DNA of 64,000 bases from Candidatus Pacearchaeota archaeon (GCA_017608705.1 JAFCFJ010000008.1:465-64464); one strand, 5' to 3'. Shown: positions 1 to 10,477, counted from the stretch's first letter. The notes: generated from the letters alone by a model not told the origin. Program-made: numbers and translations.

Positions 1-414
1 CCAGTCAAAGCTGTGACCAAGACGTCTGAAAACACGGTCAGCATAGAGCTTCTCTACTTCTTGACTTTCTTTCATGCAAAGCTTTCGGAATTCTTCACGC
101 GATATTTTGCTCTTATCTATGTTATACTTTTCCTCCACATACTTTTCAGTTGGCAATCCATTGTCGTCGAAGCCAGGCGGAAAATAAACATTGTAGCCGA
201 GTTGTCTCATAATTCGTGCTATAATCTCAAATTGCGTGTAACTTAGGGCATGCCCAACATGCAAGTGACCTGCTGACGCATATGGTGGCGGGGTATCAAT
301 GCTATAAACAGGTTTCTCACTTTTTGTATCAAATTTATAAATCTCGTGTTCTTCCCAAAACTTCCTTATGCGTTCTTCTACTTCTTTAGCATTATATTCT
401 TTTGGCAGTTGCAT
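1..414 (-). CDS. valS: Valyl-tRNA synthetase, N-terminal part (runs off window start; absent from ORF track)
   Basis: Manual translation: MQLPKEYNAKEVEERIRKFW...YSIDTPPPYASAGHLHVGH...PGFDDNGLPTE...RRLGHSFDW; class I HIGH-like motif and ValRS DTPPP motif. Confidence 0.92.
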   Translation of the reverse strand, partial: MQLPKEYNAKEVEERIRKFWEEHEIYKFDTKSEKPVYSIDTPPPYASAGHLHVGHALSYTQFEIIARIMRQLGYNVYFPPGFDDNGLPTEKYVEEKYNIDKSKISREEFRKLCMKESQEVEKLYADRVFRRLGHSFDW

Positions 415-506
415 GCTTTTTCCATAGCGTGATGGTTTAAAATTTTTATGATACTTACCTTCCTGGTTTCAACAAATTTATAATCTTCAAATATGGGATT
501 TTTGCT

Positions 507-1103
507 ATGGTTACAAAGCAAGAAAAAGCCTTGCTTGCGCTCACACGTTTGTATCGTTATTATGGCAAGAGAAAGCGGTTGGTTGCTCAACAGCACGAGC
601 TATGGAAGGTTGTCATAGCCACGATTCTTAGCGCAAGAACTCGCGATGAAACTACCGCTGTTGTTTGGCCCTCACTCACAGATTTGGCAAGAGCAAAACC
701 GCGAGAGGTGATGAAAGTGATAAGGCCTATTGGTTTCTACAGGCAGAAGGCACGCTATGTCCTAGAGGTTGCGAGGCTCATTGCTGAGCAAGGAGTGCCA
801 CAAACCCGCGACCAGCTGATGAAATTGCCTGGTGTTGGGCGCAAGACTGCAAACATAATTCTCTCAGCAATGGGCAAGCCAGCTATTGCTGTTGATACAC
901 ATGTCCATAAGATCGCGAATAGGCTTGGTCTGGCTGACACGAGAAAACCTGTTGAGACAGAGACACAGCTTATGAAATTATTGCCAAAGCGCTACTGGAA
1001 TAAAATTAACTACATTTTTGTGATTCATGGCAAAACACTCTGCAAGAGAAAGCCAAGATGCGATGTTTGTCCTTTACACGACATATGTGATTTTGCCAGC
1101 TAA
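507..1103 (+). CDS. nth: Endonuclease III (HhH-GPD DNA glycosylase); apparent short internal deletion near 665
   Basis: LPGVGRKTAN HhH motif, AVDTHV, C-terminal CxxxxPxCxxCPLxxxC Fe-S motif. Confidence 0.93.
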   Translation: MVTKQEKALLALTRLYRYYGKRKRLVAQQHELWKVVIATILSARTRDETTAVVWPSLTDLARAKPREVMKVIRPIGFYRQKARYVLEVARLIAEQGVPQTRDQLMKLPGVGRKTANIILSAMGKPAIAVDTHVHKIANRLGLADTRKPVETETQLMKLLPKRYWNKINYIFVIHGKTLCKRKPRCDVCPLHDICDFAS

Positions 1104-1620
1104 GTTTCTTCAGCCTCCCCACGCTTCTTAGCAGTTCTTCTTGGTTGCCTGATGGCAAATCTGCACGACCTACTGAGTTGTTGCCAAACCACGTATCGCC
1201 AGAAAATAAAATCTTTTGTTTTGGCTCAAAAATAGCAATAGAGCCGTCTGTATGGCCTGGCACTTCAATGATTTCCAGCATGAATTTGCCTGTGCTTAGC
1301 CTATCGCCATCTTTTAGTGTGGCATCAATATTGCAAGGCAGAATTTTCTTTGGCGAGAGCCACGAAAGTGTTTTTTCACTCAGGGTTTCTACAGCTTCAC
1401 GCTCGTTTGCATGGCACAAAACCTTACAGCCATACCTCTGCTTGAGCTCGTGAAGATACATGATGTGATCAAAATGACAGTGCGTTAATATGATAAGATC
1501 AACATGCTTGTTGATGAGAGTGCCAGCATCTATCAAAACCTTCACCTTGTCATCTATGTAATATGTCAGAGCACCGCTCTCGCTCTGGAGGCAAAATATT
1601 CTATCTGTTATTTTTCTCAT
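1006..1620 (-). CDS. MBL-fold metallo-hydrolase (glyoxalase II-like); 3' end probably aberrant
   Basis: THCHFDH, PGHT and FSGD motifs; the usual terminal PGH motif is missing and the ORF overlaps nth by about 98 nt. Confidence 0.8.
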   Translation of the reverse strand: MRKITDRIFCLQSESGALTYYIDDKVKVLIDAGTLINKHVDLIILTHCHFDHIMYLHELKQRYGCKVLCHANEREAVETLSEKTLSWLSPKKILPCNIDATLKDGDRLSTGKFMLEIIEVPGHTDGSIAIFEPKQKILFSGDTWFGNNSVGRADLPSGNQEELLRSVGRLKKLSWQNHICRVKDKHRILAFSCRVFCHESQKCS

Positions 1621-1670
1621 AACCGCTAGAAAGAGCAAAACTTTTTATACTCTTCTCTCTGCCTGTTTGT

Positions 1671-1829
1671 ATGGCAGAAAGAATAAGTATGCCAGCAGGT
1701 TTTGGCGGCCTGCTTCGTTATGATGAGGAGTACCGCAGCAAATTCTTGCTGAAGCCAGCACATGTTATAGGATTTGTCATAGCTGTAATCTTGTTTGTTA
1801 GCTTACTAAGAATTTTTAGGCCAGTCTAA
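1671..1829 (+). CDS. secG: Preprotein translocase subunit Sec61beta (absent from ORF track)
   Basis: MAERISMPAGFGGLLRYDEEYRSKFLLKPAHVIGFVIAVILFVSLLRIFRPV: GGLxRY motif plus single C-terminal TM helix. Confidence 0.88.
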   Translation: MAERISMPAGFGGLLRYDEEYRSKFLLKPAHVIGFVIAVILFVSLLRIFRPV

Positions 1830-1830
1830 G

Positions 1831-2178
1831 ATGTTTCTTCCAGGAATAGATCCGCGTAGGATGCAAGATATGCTCAGGAAGCTCGGCATAAAGCAGGAGC
1901 CTGTTGATGCAGAACGTGTAATTATCGAAAAGAGTGATGGCAGACTCGTGATTGAAAAACCACAAGTTTTTCGGGTGATGATGCAAGGACAGGAGAGTTG
2001 GCAGATCACCGGCGAGGTAAGAGAAGAAACAAAAGAAGAGGCTGAGGAAGAGCAAGTAAGCGAGCAAGATATAAAGCTTGTTATGGGGAAAACAGGCAAA
2101 TCACGTGAGGAAGCGTTGCGCGCGTTGAAAAAGCATGGTGGTGATATAGCAAGCGCAATTCTCGAGCTTTCTTCTTAG
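1831..2178 (+). CDS. nac: Nascent polypeptide-associated complex protein
   Basis: DPRRMQDMLRKLGIKQEPVDAERVII NAC domain plus C-terminal UBA-like DIKLV...GDIASAILEL. Confidence 0.93.
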   Translation: MFLPGIDPRRMQDMLRKLGIKQEPVDAERVIIEKSDGRLVIEKPQVFRVMMQGQESWQITGEVREETKEEAEEEQVSEQDIKLVMGKTGKSREEALRALKKHGGDIASAILELSS

Positions 2179-2263
2179 CTGAATTTTTATAGCTTTAACA
2201 GTTTATGAAACAGAAATTTTATTAATCCCGCTTTCTTCCTTTGCTCAGACTAAGGGAAAGCAA

Positions 2264-2740
2264 ATGGTAGAAAAATTTGTGGAATATCTGAGTAAAGCTT
2301 CTCAGCTGCTGCATCGCGCAGATCACATGCTCTATATGACCTATCCACTTGTGAAAGATAAGCGTTTACTGCTTAAAATTATCGAGGATCTTGGAGAAGC
2401 TATGGTTAGCATGATAAACTCTGTCTTGCAATATGACTATTTATACAAGAGGATAGAGCTTTACAAGAATGCGAGGGAAAATTTCGAAACTTTCAGGCAA
2501 AACTGCGCGCCACGTTACGGAATTACTTCTGAGGAGGTAAATAAAATTACAGAGTTGCTAAAAATAATGCAAAGGCACAGAGAGAGTCCAATGGAATTCA
2601 TGAAGAAGGACCATCTTGTTATAATGTCAAACAATAGCGCGAGGACAGAAGTGATAACTGTGGATAAGATCAAAGAGTTCTTGCTTGTTGCCAAGGATGT
2701 GCTTGGTAAGGTGGAGAGAAAAATTATGAAAAGAAGTTAG
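2264..2740 (+). CDS. Conserved-looking helical hypothetical protein
   Basis: 158-aa ORF; ADHxLY motif shared with 3694..4134. Confidence 0.7.
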   Translation: MVEKFVEYLSKASQLLHRADHMLYMTYPLVKDKRLLLKIIEDLGEAMVSMINSVLQYDYLYKRIELYKNARENFETFRQNCAPRYGITSEEVNKITELLKIMQRHRESPMEFMKKDHLVIMSNNSARTEVITVDKIKEFLLVAKDVLGKVERKIMKRS

Positions 2741-3576
2741 GATGTCCAGAAAATATTGCCTTTGAGTTCCTCATAGAGCGCACCGCTACATACCTTTTCA
2801 TGGTTCTGTTCTATGTAATTTTCAAAATTTTCAAGTTCGTTGAGCGGAACAGCACATTCCATTTCTTTTCCTTCCCATGACTTAAGGAGGTTGTTTTTTG
2901 TGCAGACCAGTGTTATGATACATTTATCATCCATCTTGCCCTCTACACTCTCTACATATTCTATGTTTATGAAAATTTCAGTTTTGCCAAATAGCAATTT
3001 TTGCGTCACATTTATCGTTGCCATTGCAGGACTACACGTCTTTACCTTCTCTAAGAAACATTCGTGTGAGCCATCACAATCGTAATAGCTTACATTCTCT
3101 TGTGGTAATTCTTGTGGAGGGGTTGTTATATTGGTTTCATTCATCGCCGGCATGGTTGTTTTGTTTTTTTCATTATCGTTCTGTTTACTGGTCGGTACTG
3201 TTGTTTTGGCAGAGCCACTGGCAGGAACCTTCATCGCGTTTCCGCTAGCATTCTTTATTGGCTCGTTCTCCCCTCTCTTGTTTTCCTCTTGTAAGAGCAA
3301 TAATGCTATGGTCCCCGCCGTGAATACGAGAAAAACAAGAATTAGTGTGATGAATAGTGGGGCTTTCTTTCTCCTTATTGTTATGTCATCAAACTCTTTG
3401 GTTGTCTTTTCATGATCCTCTGCCTTTTCCTTACTCTCGCTTGTTACGGCAGAAAACGCAGCTTCGATCTCAGCTTCGGGCTAGCCTATGGAAAGAAGAG
3501 CATTCTTTATCTTGGCTGGAGGCACACCACGAGCAAGGTTTGTTTTTATATATCTGATTAGCCTCGAGTTTGTCAT
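2737..3576 (-). pseudogene. Membrane-anchored protein (N-terminal small helical GW-type domain, TM helix, low-complexity linker, Cys-rich outer domain) interrupted by in-frame TAG at 3481-3483
   Basis: From ATG 3576 reads MTNSRLIRYIKTNLARGVPPAKIKNALLSIG*PEAEIEAAF...APLFITLILVFLVFTAGTIALLLLQEE, in frame with ORF 2737..3300. Confidence 0.75.
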
Positions 3577-3693
3577 TCTGATGGGCTAGCTATGTGAGGG
3601 TGGTATAAAAAGTTTATTTTGATGAAAAAAATTTAAAAAGAGTAATAACATAAGATATAAAAATCTCAGCTCCTTAAGAATTCTTGCCCAAAA

Positions 3694-4134
3694 ATGTTGG
3701 AAGAAATAATAAAGCAGAAGACAAGTGCTGATCATCTATTTTATGTTAGCCTTAAGTATACAAAGACATGTGATGTCATTCTTAACCTTATCGCAAGGTG
3801 GCGGAGCATGATAGAATTATGCATAGATGCTTTGCTTGAAAAGGCTAAGAAAAAAAAGAAGATAAAGGAAATTCCAATGGCACCACGTTTGAAGATAAAT
3901 CTTGTGAGAGAAATTTACAAAAAAGATCAGGTTGTTCAAGACACATTAGAACTTTTTGAATTTTTTCGCAGAATCGAGGGGCTTGAAAAAGCAAAAGAAA
4001 ATGAATTTAGGAAAAATGTAACGCTCAAAGTTTTTGATAAAGATAGGGTAGTTTTGATAAATATGGAAAAATTGGAGGAATATGCTGAGCTGCTAGAAAA
4101 ATTTATAAGAGTGGTTAAGCAAGAACTCACGTAG
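3694..4134 (+). CDS. Conserved-looking hypothetical protein upstream of minD
   Basis: 146-aa ORF, ADHLFY motif, 5 nt from minD. Confidence 0.7.
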   Translation: MLEEIIKQKTSADHLFYVSLKYTKTCDVILNLIARWRSMIELCIDALLEKAKKKKKIKEIPMAPRLKINLVREIYKKDQVVQDTLELFEFFRRIEGLEKAKENEFRKNVTLKVFDKDRVVLINMEKLEEYAELLEKFIRVVKQELT

Positions 4135-4139
4135 CTGAA

Positions 4140-4925
4140 ATGGGAAAAGTATACACGATAACGTCTGGTAAGGGTGGGGTTGGCAAAACCACTACTGCCA
4201 TAAATCTTGCTGCTGTTATCAATGAGCTTGGTCATGATGTTTTGCTTATAGACGCTAATCTCGAGACACCAAATGTCGGATTACATTTCGGTGCTCCAGT
4301 TGTACCCGTTTCTCTTAATCATGTGCTGAGTGGCGAGGCAGAGTTGCATGATGCTATATATGAACATGATAGTGGTGTTAAGGTTATGCCCGCCTCAATC
4401 TCGTTGCATGACTTGAAGGATTTGGAAATTGGAGAAATAGGGGAAATAATAAAGAAGGTAAGAAAGCATGCTGAATATGTAATCGTGGATTCTGCCCCTG
4501 GGCTTGGTGATGGGGTTCTGGCTGCAATGAAGCGGAGTGATGAAGTGCTTGTTGTTACAAATCCAAACATACTATCTGTGACTGATGCGCTCAAGGTTGT
4601 CAAGTTAGCTGAGGAGCTTGGGGCCAATGTTTGTGGAACAGTTGTTAATCGTGTTAAGAGAAGCAAAAATGAGATGTCCATAGACAATATAAAAGAGATG
4701 CTTGAGAGGCCAATTGTGGGTGTGGTGCCTGAGGATAGGTGTGTGGAGCATGCACTGGCAAAGAAAGAGGCTGTTGTGCACGCATTTCCAAAGAGCAGAG
4801 CGACAAGAGCATATTATGAGATCGTTTCAAAACTTCTTGGTAGGAGGTATGCAAAGAAACTTGCAGAAGAAGAAAAGCAAGGCATGTTTAGGCGTGTGCT
4901 CAGAGCATTCGGATTTGGACATTAA
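4140..4925 (+). CDS. minD: MinD-family ATPase
   Basis: Deviant Walker A SGKGGVGKTT, LIDAN, VIVDSAPG, C-terminal amphipathic helix GMFRRVLRAFGF. Confidence 0.9.
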   Translation: MGKVYTITSGKGGVGKTTTAINLAAVINELGHDVLLIDANLETPNVGLHFGAPVVPVSLNHVLSGEAELHDAIYEHDSGVKVMPASISLHDLKDLEIGEIGEIIKKVRKHAEYVIVDSAPGLGDGVLAAMKRSDEVLVVTNPNILSVTDALKVVKLAEELGANVCGTVVNRVKRSKNEMSIDNIKEMLERPIVGVVPEDRCVEHALAKKEAVVHAFPKSRATRAYYEIVSKLLGRRYAKKLAEEEKQGMFRRVLRAFGFGH

Positions 4926-4972
4926 GCTTTTTTCTTACGCCTCTCATGTTTAGCTTGATATTAGAATTCTGA

Positions 4973-5045
4973 TGGGCCCGCCAGGATTCGAACCTGGGAC
5001 CTTCGCCACGTCAAGGCGACGTCATAGCCACTAGACCACGGGCCC
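4973..5045 (-). tRNA. tRNA-Val(GAC)
   Basis: GGGCCCG acceptor stem, anticodon arm TCGCC-TTGACGT-GGCGA, GGTTCGAATCC T arm; no intron, no encoded CCA. Confidence 0.96.
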
Positions 5046-5098
5046 TTTTTACAGGCAGATATGATAGAAATTTAAAGTTTGCGTTTTTGGTTTTCCTG

Positions 5099-5548
5099 CT
5101 ATTGCTCTAGTGTCTCCTGTTCAGCTGGTTCAAAAGCTATGAGGTTTAAACCTATCTCTTCAGAGAACTCGCGTTCTGCTTGCATCTCAAATACGAGAAT
5201 TATGATTTCTGTTGTGGCTCCAACTATAGCTTCGACAAGATGACCAGCATAACTTCCGAAGTTTCGTGTGCCAAGCACGACATGAATATGCAAATAGACT
5301 TCTCCGTCTTTTGTTGTTACATTACCATTCAGACTCGCGATCTCACAGGGTTCATCAACAATTTTTTCCTCCGCCCTTTTCTCTTGCTGGTTGAAATAGT
5401 AGAGCTTTGCCCTCGCGACCGCGCCAACACCGCTTACGAGACCGGTTTTTATTTGCTCTTTCTCACACACCTCTTTGATCTTGGCTATAATTTCTTCTCC
5501 TTTATCTATCCTTACTATCACAACATTTCCTTCGCGTTTGTATTCCAT
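5099..5548 (-). CDS. PPC/DUF296 domain protein
   Basis: VRIDKGEEII, EIASLNGNV, HIHVVLG, AGHL motifs. Confidence 0.88.
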   Translation of the reverse strand: MEYKREGNVVIVRIDKGEEIIAKIKEVCEKEQIKTGLVSGVGAVARAKLYYFNQQEKRAEEKIVDEPCEIASLNGNVTTKDGEVYLHIHVVLGTRNFGSYAGHLVEAIVGATTEIIILVFEMQAEREFSEEIGLNLIAFEPAEQETLEQ

Positions 5549-5575
5549 TTTCTAGGACTGGATTGCGTTCGTTAG

Positions 5576-7402
5576 CTATGCTATTTTGCTTCCTAGCTCG
5601 ATATCCTTTTCAGGCTGGAGCAACACTACATGCTTGCTGTCTTCACTTACAGCAGCCAAAATCATGCCTTCGCTCTTCACACCACGGATCACTGCTGGCT
5701 CAAGATTGCAAAACACAACACACAGCTTGCCGAGTAGTTCTTCAGGTTTGTAGTATGGTTTCAGTCCTGCAACAAGCTTCCGCCTTTCACTGCCTAGGTC
5801 TACTTCAAGTATGTAGAGTTTGTCTGCATTCTCATGCTCTTGCACATTTATGATCTTACCAACTCGCAAATCCAGCTTTTGCCATTCCTTAAATTTTATT
5901 GTTTCACCCATTTTCTTGTTTTTCACCTCGCTTTGTTTTTCTTTATTAGTCTCCGAAGGAAGATTATAAATTTTTTTGAACAATACAGCTGTCTTTTTAA
6001 TTTTTACCTTATCGCTTAGCATGCTGTTCAGCTGTTTATATGTGATTTCGAATCCGAAGGCATGAGCTATTTTCTCTGACGTGGCAGGCAGGAATGGCCA
6101 CAACAATATGGCTATAGCCTTGATGCTGTCCGCAAGCTCGTAGAGAACGCAAGCATCATGTGTTTCCCATGGTTTCTTCTCTTGGATGTAAAGATTGCAT
6201 TCATCTACGAAGTTGAATATCTTTGCTAGGGCTTTATCAATTCTGAACTCTTCCATATCTTTTTCTATTCCAGCAATATCGAGCTTTTTTACCAGTTTGT
6301 TTTCACATTGTTTCATTCCGTATCTCTCTATCATGGCTGAGACACGCGAGATGAGATTACCAAGCTTATCCGCGAGCTCATCATTGTGTCTTGCAATAAG
6401 CTCTTGCTCGCTGAAATCGCTGTCCTTGTCATAGGGCATTTTTGCCAGATAATAGCGTAGAGTTTCTGTACCGTACTTGTCAATTATCTCGAAGGGAGAA
6501 ACCACATTACCCTCGGTTTTGCTCATCTTCGCCCCTTTTATGTTTATATAGCCATGCACGAGCACTCTCTTCGGCAATTCTATTCCTGCAGCAAGGAGCA
6601 AGGCAGGCCATATTACGCTGTGAAACCAGTTTATGCCCTTACCTATCACATGCAGGTCTGCTGGCCAATACTTCTTGAATTTATCGTTGTTAGGCCAGCC
6701 AAGTGCAGAAATATAATTAGAGAGAGCATCAATCCACACATATATCCTATGCTCAGAATCGAAAGGCACAGGAATTCCCCACGTTGCTTTGTAACGACTT
6801 ACGCATAGATCCTTCAGCGGTTCGTTGAGTCTTGCCAACATCTCGTTAGCTTTTTCTCTTGGCACAACAAATCCTTTCTTAAGCAATTCCTTAATTTTGT
6901 CCTGGAACTCGCTGAGCCTGAAAAAATATGCTGGCTCCTCGATGTAGTCTGGCTTTGTCTTGTGTTCAGGGCATTTGCCATCAACAAGGTCTTTTTCTGT
7001 TAGATAGGCTTCACAGCCATAGCAGTAGAGGCCACGGTATGTGCCCTTGTAAATATAGCCTTTCTCGTGCAATAGCTTGAAAAGTTCCTGCGCAGCTTTT
7101 ACATGTCTTTCCTCTGTAGTTCGTATGAAATCATTATTGCTTAGGTTTAGCTTTTTTGCCAGCTCGAGAAATCGCATTGCGTTACTATCCACAAAACTTC
7201 GGACGTCTTTACCAGCTTGTTCAGCAGCTTTTACATTTTTCTGCGCGTTTTCGTCTGTGCCTGTAAGGAAAAATACATCCTCGCCACGAAGTCTGTGCCA
7301 TCTTGCTATGATATCGGCAAAAATTTTTTCATAGGCATGGCCAATATGGGGCTCTGCATTGACATAGTCTATTGCTGTTGTTATGTAAAACTTGCTTGTC
7401 AT
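5576..7402 (-). CDS. metG: Methionyl-tRNA synthetase with C-terminal tRNA-binding OB domain
   Basis: FYITTAIDYVN-HIGH, KMSKT, YVWIDAL, C-terminal LDLRVGKI...SEGMIL. Confidence 0.96.
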   Translation of the reverse strand: MTSKFYITTAIDYVNAEPHIGHAYEKIFADIIARWHRLRGEDVFFLTGTDENAQKNVKAAEQAGKDVRSFVDSNAMRFLELAKKLNLSNNDFIRTTEERHVKAAQELFKLLHEKGYIYKGTYRGLYCYGCEAYLTEKDLVDGKCPEHKTKPDYIEEPAYFFRLSEFQDKIKELLKKGFVVPREKANEMLARLNEPLKDLCVSRYKATWGIPVPFDSEHRIYVWIDALSNYISALGWPNNDKFKKYWPADLHVIGKGINWFHSVIWPALLLAAGIELPKRVLVHGYINIKGAKMSKTEGNVVSPFEIIDKYGTETLRYYLAKMPYDKDSDFSEQELIARHNDELADKLGNLISRVSAMIERYGMKQCENKLVKKLDIAGIEKDMEEFRIDKALAKIFNFVDECNLYIQEKKPWETHDACVLYELADSIKAIAILLWPFLPATSEKIAHAFGFEITYKQLNSMLSDKVKIKKTAVLFKKIYNLPSETNKEKQSEVKNKKMGETIKFKEWQKLDLRVGKIINVQEHENADKLYILEVDLGSERRKLVAGLKPYYKPEELLGKLCVVFCNLEPAVIRGVKSEGMILAAVSEDSKHVVLLQPEKDIELGSKIA

Positions 7403-7443
7403 AACTATGCATAGAGTTGCTTTGGTTAAAAATCTTTCCTAAA

Positions 7444-7926
7444 CTAGTCCTTAAGAAAAATGCTATGCTCTTCATACAGCGGAAATCTCTTTAGCCTGTC
7501 CCCTATTTCGAACAAATGCGGATAGATGGCGCTGGCTTGCTCTGGGCTGAAACCAAGCTCTTCAAGCACCTTGATGAAGTATTCATGCGGAATAGTTTCT
7601 TCAATCTGGACTACAAGATAGCTTGCTGTTTTTGTTTTCTCATTCTTAAGCATCTCATCAAGAATTTTGCTTTCTTTAGGGTAATTTTCTCTGAATTTAG
7701 CTATTGCACTTGCCTGTGCTGTTTGGTGATGAACACGCTTTCTGACTACTCTGATTTTTATTCCGTCGGTTTCCATCTTTCTCTTTACTATTTCAGCAAG
7801 AGATCTAGCTCTGTTTTTGACATTTGTGTAAAGTTTGTTACTTAGCGTTTCTGATGTAGCTTTGAATGTGTTGCCTACAGCCAATAACAATGCTATTTCT
7901 CTCGCATCTTTCGTCTCTTTCTCCAT
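7444..7926 (-). CDS. Hypothetical protein
   Basis: 160-aa ORF with own upstream TATA-like box; no family recognised. Confidence 0.6.
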   Translation of the reverse strand: MEKETKDAREIALLLAVGNTFKATSETLSNKLYTNVKNRARSLAEIVKRKMETDGIKIRVVRKRVHHQTAQASAIAKFRENYPKESKILDEMLKNEKTKTASYLVVQIEETIPHEYFIKVLEELGFSPEQASAIYPHLFEIGDRLKRFPLYEEHSIFLKD

Positions 7927-7996
7927 GCTTACATAATGCTGTGATTGTATAAAAATCTACCGACAAGTGAATAGTGAAATTATCGTGACAAATGAT

Positions 7997-8923
7997 TCAT
8001 TCGAGAAATGGCAATACTCTTACTTCCTCTATATCCTGGCCTATATGAAGCGTGTCGATCTCTATGGCTTCGTTTTCGAATAATTTCCTTATCTCCTCTA
8101 TAGCCTCTCTAACTTCGTGTTCGCCTTTATGGAAAAAGTTGAGAATACAGTGTGGCTTGTGTAAGTTGATCATTAGGCTGTTTATGTTCATTGATTTTTT
8201 GGCAAACTCTCTTATTTTTCTCTTGTTTTTTTCAGAGAACGTTCTGAAATTTATGAGAATATGCGTAATAAAGTAGCCTAGAGCAGACATATTGAATTGT
8301 ATTCTGTTTCCTAAGATAACCTTTTCTGCTTTCAGTTTTTTCAGTCTGTAGTGGGCAAGTTCTGCTGAGATACCAAGTTTTGTTGCGATATCTATAAGTT
8401 TTGTTCTTGCATCATCAGCCAGAATTTTCAGGATTCCTAAATCAATCTTGTCTAACTTTGCCTTTTTCCTTGTCTCTGGCGACACGACTATGTAGTCTTC
8501 CTTGCCTTGGTAGTTGAAGAACTTGAGAGGGTAAACCTCAATAAACTGGGGTTTTATCAAGAGGTAGTCTGTGATAAAACAATCCTCGTTTTCAAAAAGC
8601 CTGCTTATGAATTCGTTAAGTTGCTTCTCACTTTTGAATATACATTCTAGCCATAGATCATATTTTCCATAGACTTTTCCGTAACTTTTGGCAAATCTTC
8701 AGAAAATTTTTGCGCCATGCTTGGCTTTTCAAATTTCAGAAAGAGAGCAGCATAGCAATTATAGCCGAGCTTGCTCCAGTCCACAAGAGGGAAGAATTTT
8801 CTTATAAGTCCTTCTTTAAGATATTTTTTTATTCTGTATTCAACCTGGTTTCTCGATAGTTTTGTAGCCTTTGCTATGATAAAGATAGCACAATAGTCTT
8901 ATGTCTGTTTCTTTTAGTTTCAT
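7997..8923 (-). pseudogene. Tandem Lrp/AsnC-family transcriptional regulator with two frameshifts (~8878, ~8687)
   Basis: Three frames give MKLKETDIRLLCYLYH / IAKATKLSRNQVEYRIKKYLKEGLIRKF...KLGY / SYGKVYGKYDLWLECIF... continuing into ORF 7997..8560, which has a second HTH (LDKIDLGILKILADDARTKLIDIATKLG). Confidence 0.8.
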
Positions 8924-9031
8924 TTTAACCTGAAATTTTAGATATATTTAAATTTTTCTATTTTAATTTTAATATTTTAGTAATTTTTTGAAGAAAAATT
9001 TAGATACTTCTTTGGGCTCATTCGTAGCAAG

Positions 9032-9247
9032 ATGGAAACCAAAAAATACCAGATTGAGGATATCACACCTGAAGAATACAGATGTGCAGTAGGAGCTTGC
9101 CAAGTAATCTATGAAGTGCTGAATGAGGATAAGCTAGTTATAGTAGGGAAGAGGGCAGATATCAGTGAGCTCGAAGGAAGAATTAATGAGGATGAGGCAG
9201 CAGTGGTTATAGATAAGGAGTTGATTTACAAAGCTCTTCGGGGGTAA
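9032..9247 (+). CDS. Small hypothetical protein (CxxGxC motif)
   Basis: 71-aa ORF divergent from the Lrp-type regulator. Confidence 0.65.
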   Translation: METKKYQIEDITPEEYRCAVGACQVIYEVLNEDKLVIVGKRADISELEGRINEDEAAVVIDKELIYKALRG

Positions 9248-9300
9248 ACAAGAATTCTTGCTGTGAGAAAACTTATATATCTTGGCAGTTATCGTAGGAG

Positions 9301-9864
9301 ATGGTTTCGCTTTTGGAGAAAATAGATGATATTTTAGGATGGTATCTTTATAGCTCTTTCTATAAGGATTATGTCGAGAAAATGAATCTTCGCGGGCAGG
9401 AAAAAGTTCTTGAGGTTGGGTGTGGGGGTGGTTGTCTTTCAAGGTTCCTCGCTCCAAAGGTCCAGAAGTTTGTGTGCGTGGATCGTTCAGCTTACTGGAT
9501 AAGGAAAGCAAGGAAACGGCTCCTGAGATATGAGAATATAGGACTCTATGTATGTGATATTACAGAATTTCAAGCAGAGGAATCTTTCGATGCTATAGTT
9601 ATGCATTATGTTTTGCATGATATCGCTGAAGATAAAAGATTGAAAACCCTTGCCTTGCTCTACCGTTATCTCAAAGAAGGAGGCCTGCTTTACATCAGAG
9701 AACCTACAAGGGAAAGGCACGGCATGCCCGCGCAAGAGATAAAAGAATTGATGGCGAGCGCAGGCTTTATTGAATATTCTGGTTATGAAACTAGTGTATT
9801 TCCATTCGGTAGATTTTATGATGGAACTTACCAAAAAGTTAGGGAGAGATTAACTACTGATTAG
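9301..9864 (+). CDS. Class I SAM-dependent methyltransferase
   Basis: VLEVGCGGG motif I, FDAIVMHYVLHDI, LKEGG. Confidence 0.9.
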   Translation: MVSLLEKIDDILGWYLYSSFYKDYVEKMNLRGQEKVLEVGCGGGCLSRFLAPKVQKFVCVDRSAYWIRKARKRLLRYENIGLYVCDITEFQAEESFDAIVMHYVLHDIAEDKRLKTLALLYRYLKEGGLLYIREPTRERHGMPAQEIKELMASAGFIEYSGYETSVFPFGRFYDGTYQKVRERLTTD

Positions 9865-9915
9865 TGTAACTACTTGTGAGTAAGTTTTAAATATAGGAGA
9901 AGCAATAGTAAATAT

Positions 9916-10477
9916 ATGAAGAGAATTAACTCCTTAGAGAATAGTCTGCAAGGTAACGAAACCAAAACTGTGGCGGATTATATTCAGGGTAAGCCACGCG
10001 GAACTTTACATGGCGAAATAATTATAGGAGAGCTTATTTGGGGGAAACAAAATCAATCCGAATTTTATGTAGGGCTCTCACATTTTTATTCTGATAGATG
10101 AAAAACCACGCGATGTGGGTGAACCACTTATTAAATATAGGAAAGTTCTTGCAAGAAAATTTGTTGGCAGACTTTATCAATATCTTGAGAAAACTGCTAG
10201 GAAAGGTAAGGAAGCTGTATTACGTGAGGTGGAGAAAAAAATTTCAACCACAGCGAGGGTGCCGAAACCGGAAAACAGGAAAACTTTGTTCGAGAATCTG
10301 AAATATGTATTTGCAGATTTGGAAAAAATAGGTTATAACGAGGCTGAGGTTCTTGAACAGCTGAAAGTTGCATGTGAGATTAGCAAGAAATATGGCCATA
10401 CTGAGGAATGGCAGTATAGCGAGTTCTTAACCAGGCTTGCATCTATCATACAGAAGTATTGGCAGCAGAAAAAGTAG
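9916..10477 (+). CDS. Hypothetical protein, probably one gene split by a +1 frameshift near 10073-10080
   Basis: ORFs 9916..10101 and 10115..10477 overlap as open frames (..FYVG / SHIFILIDEKPRDVGEPLIKY..); removing one G in the GGG run at 10072-10074 joins them. Confidence 0.5.

Noticed and set aside
13-246. 77-aa + strand ORF
   Set aside because: Shadow of valS on the opposite strand
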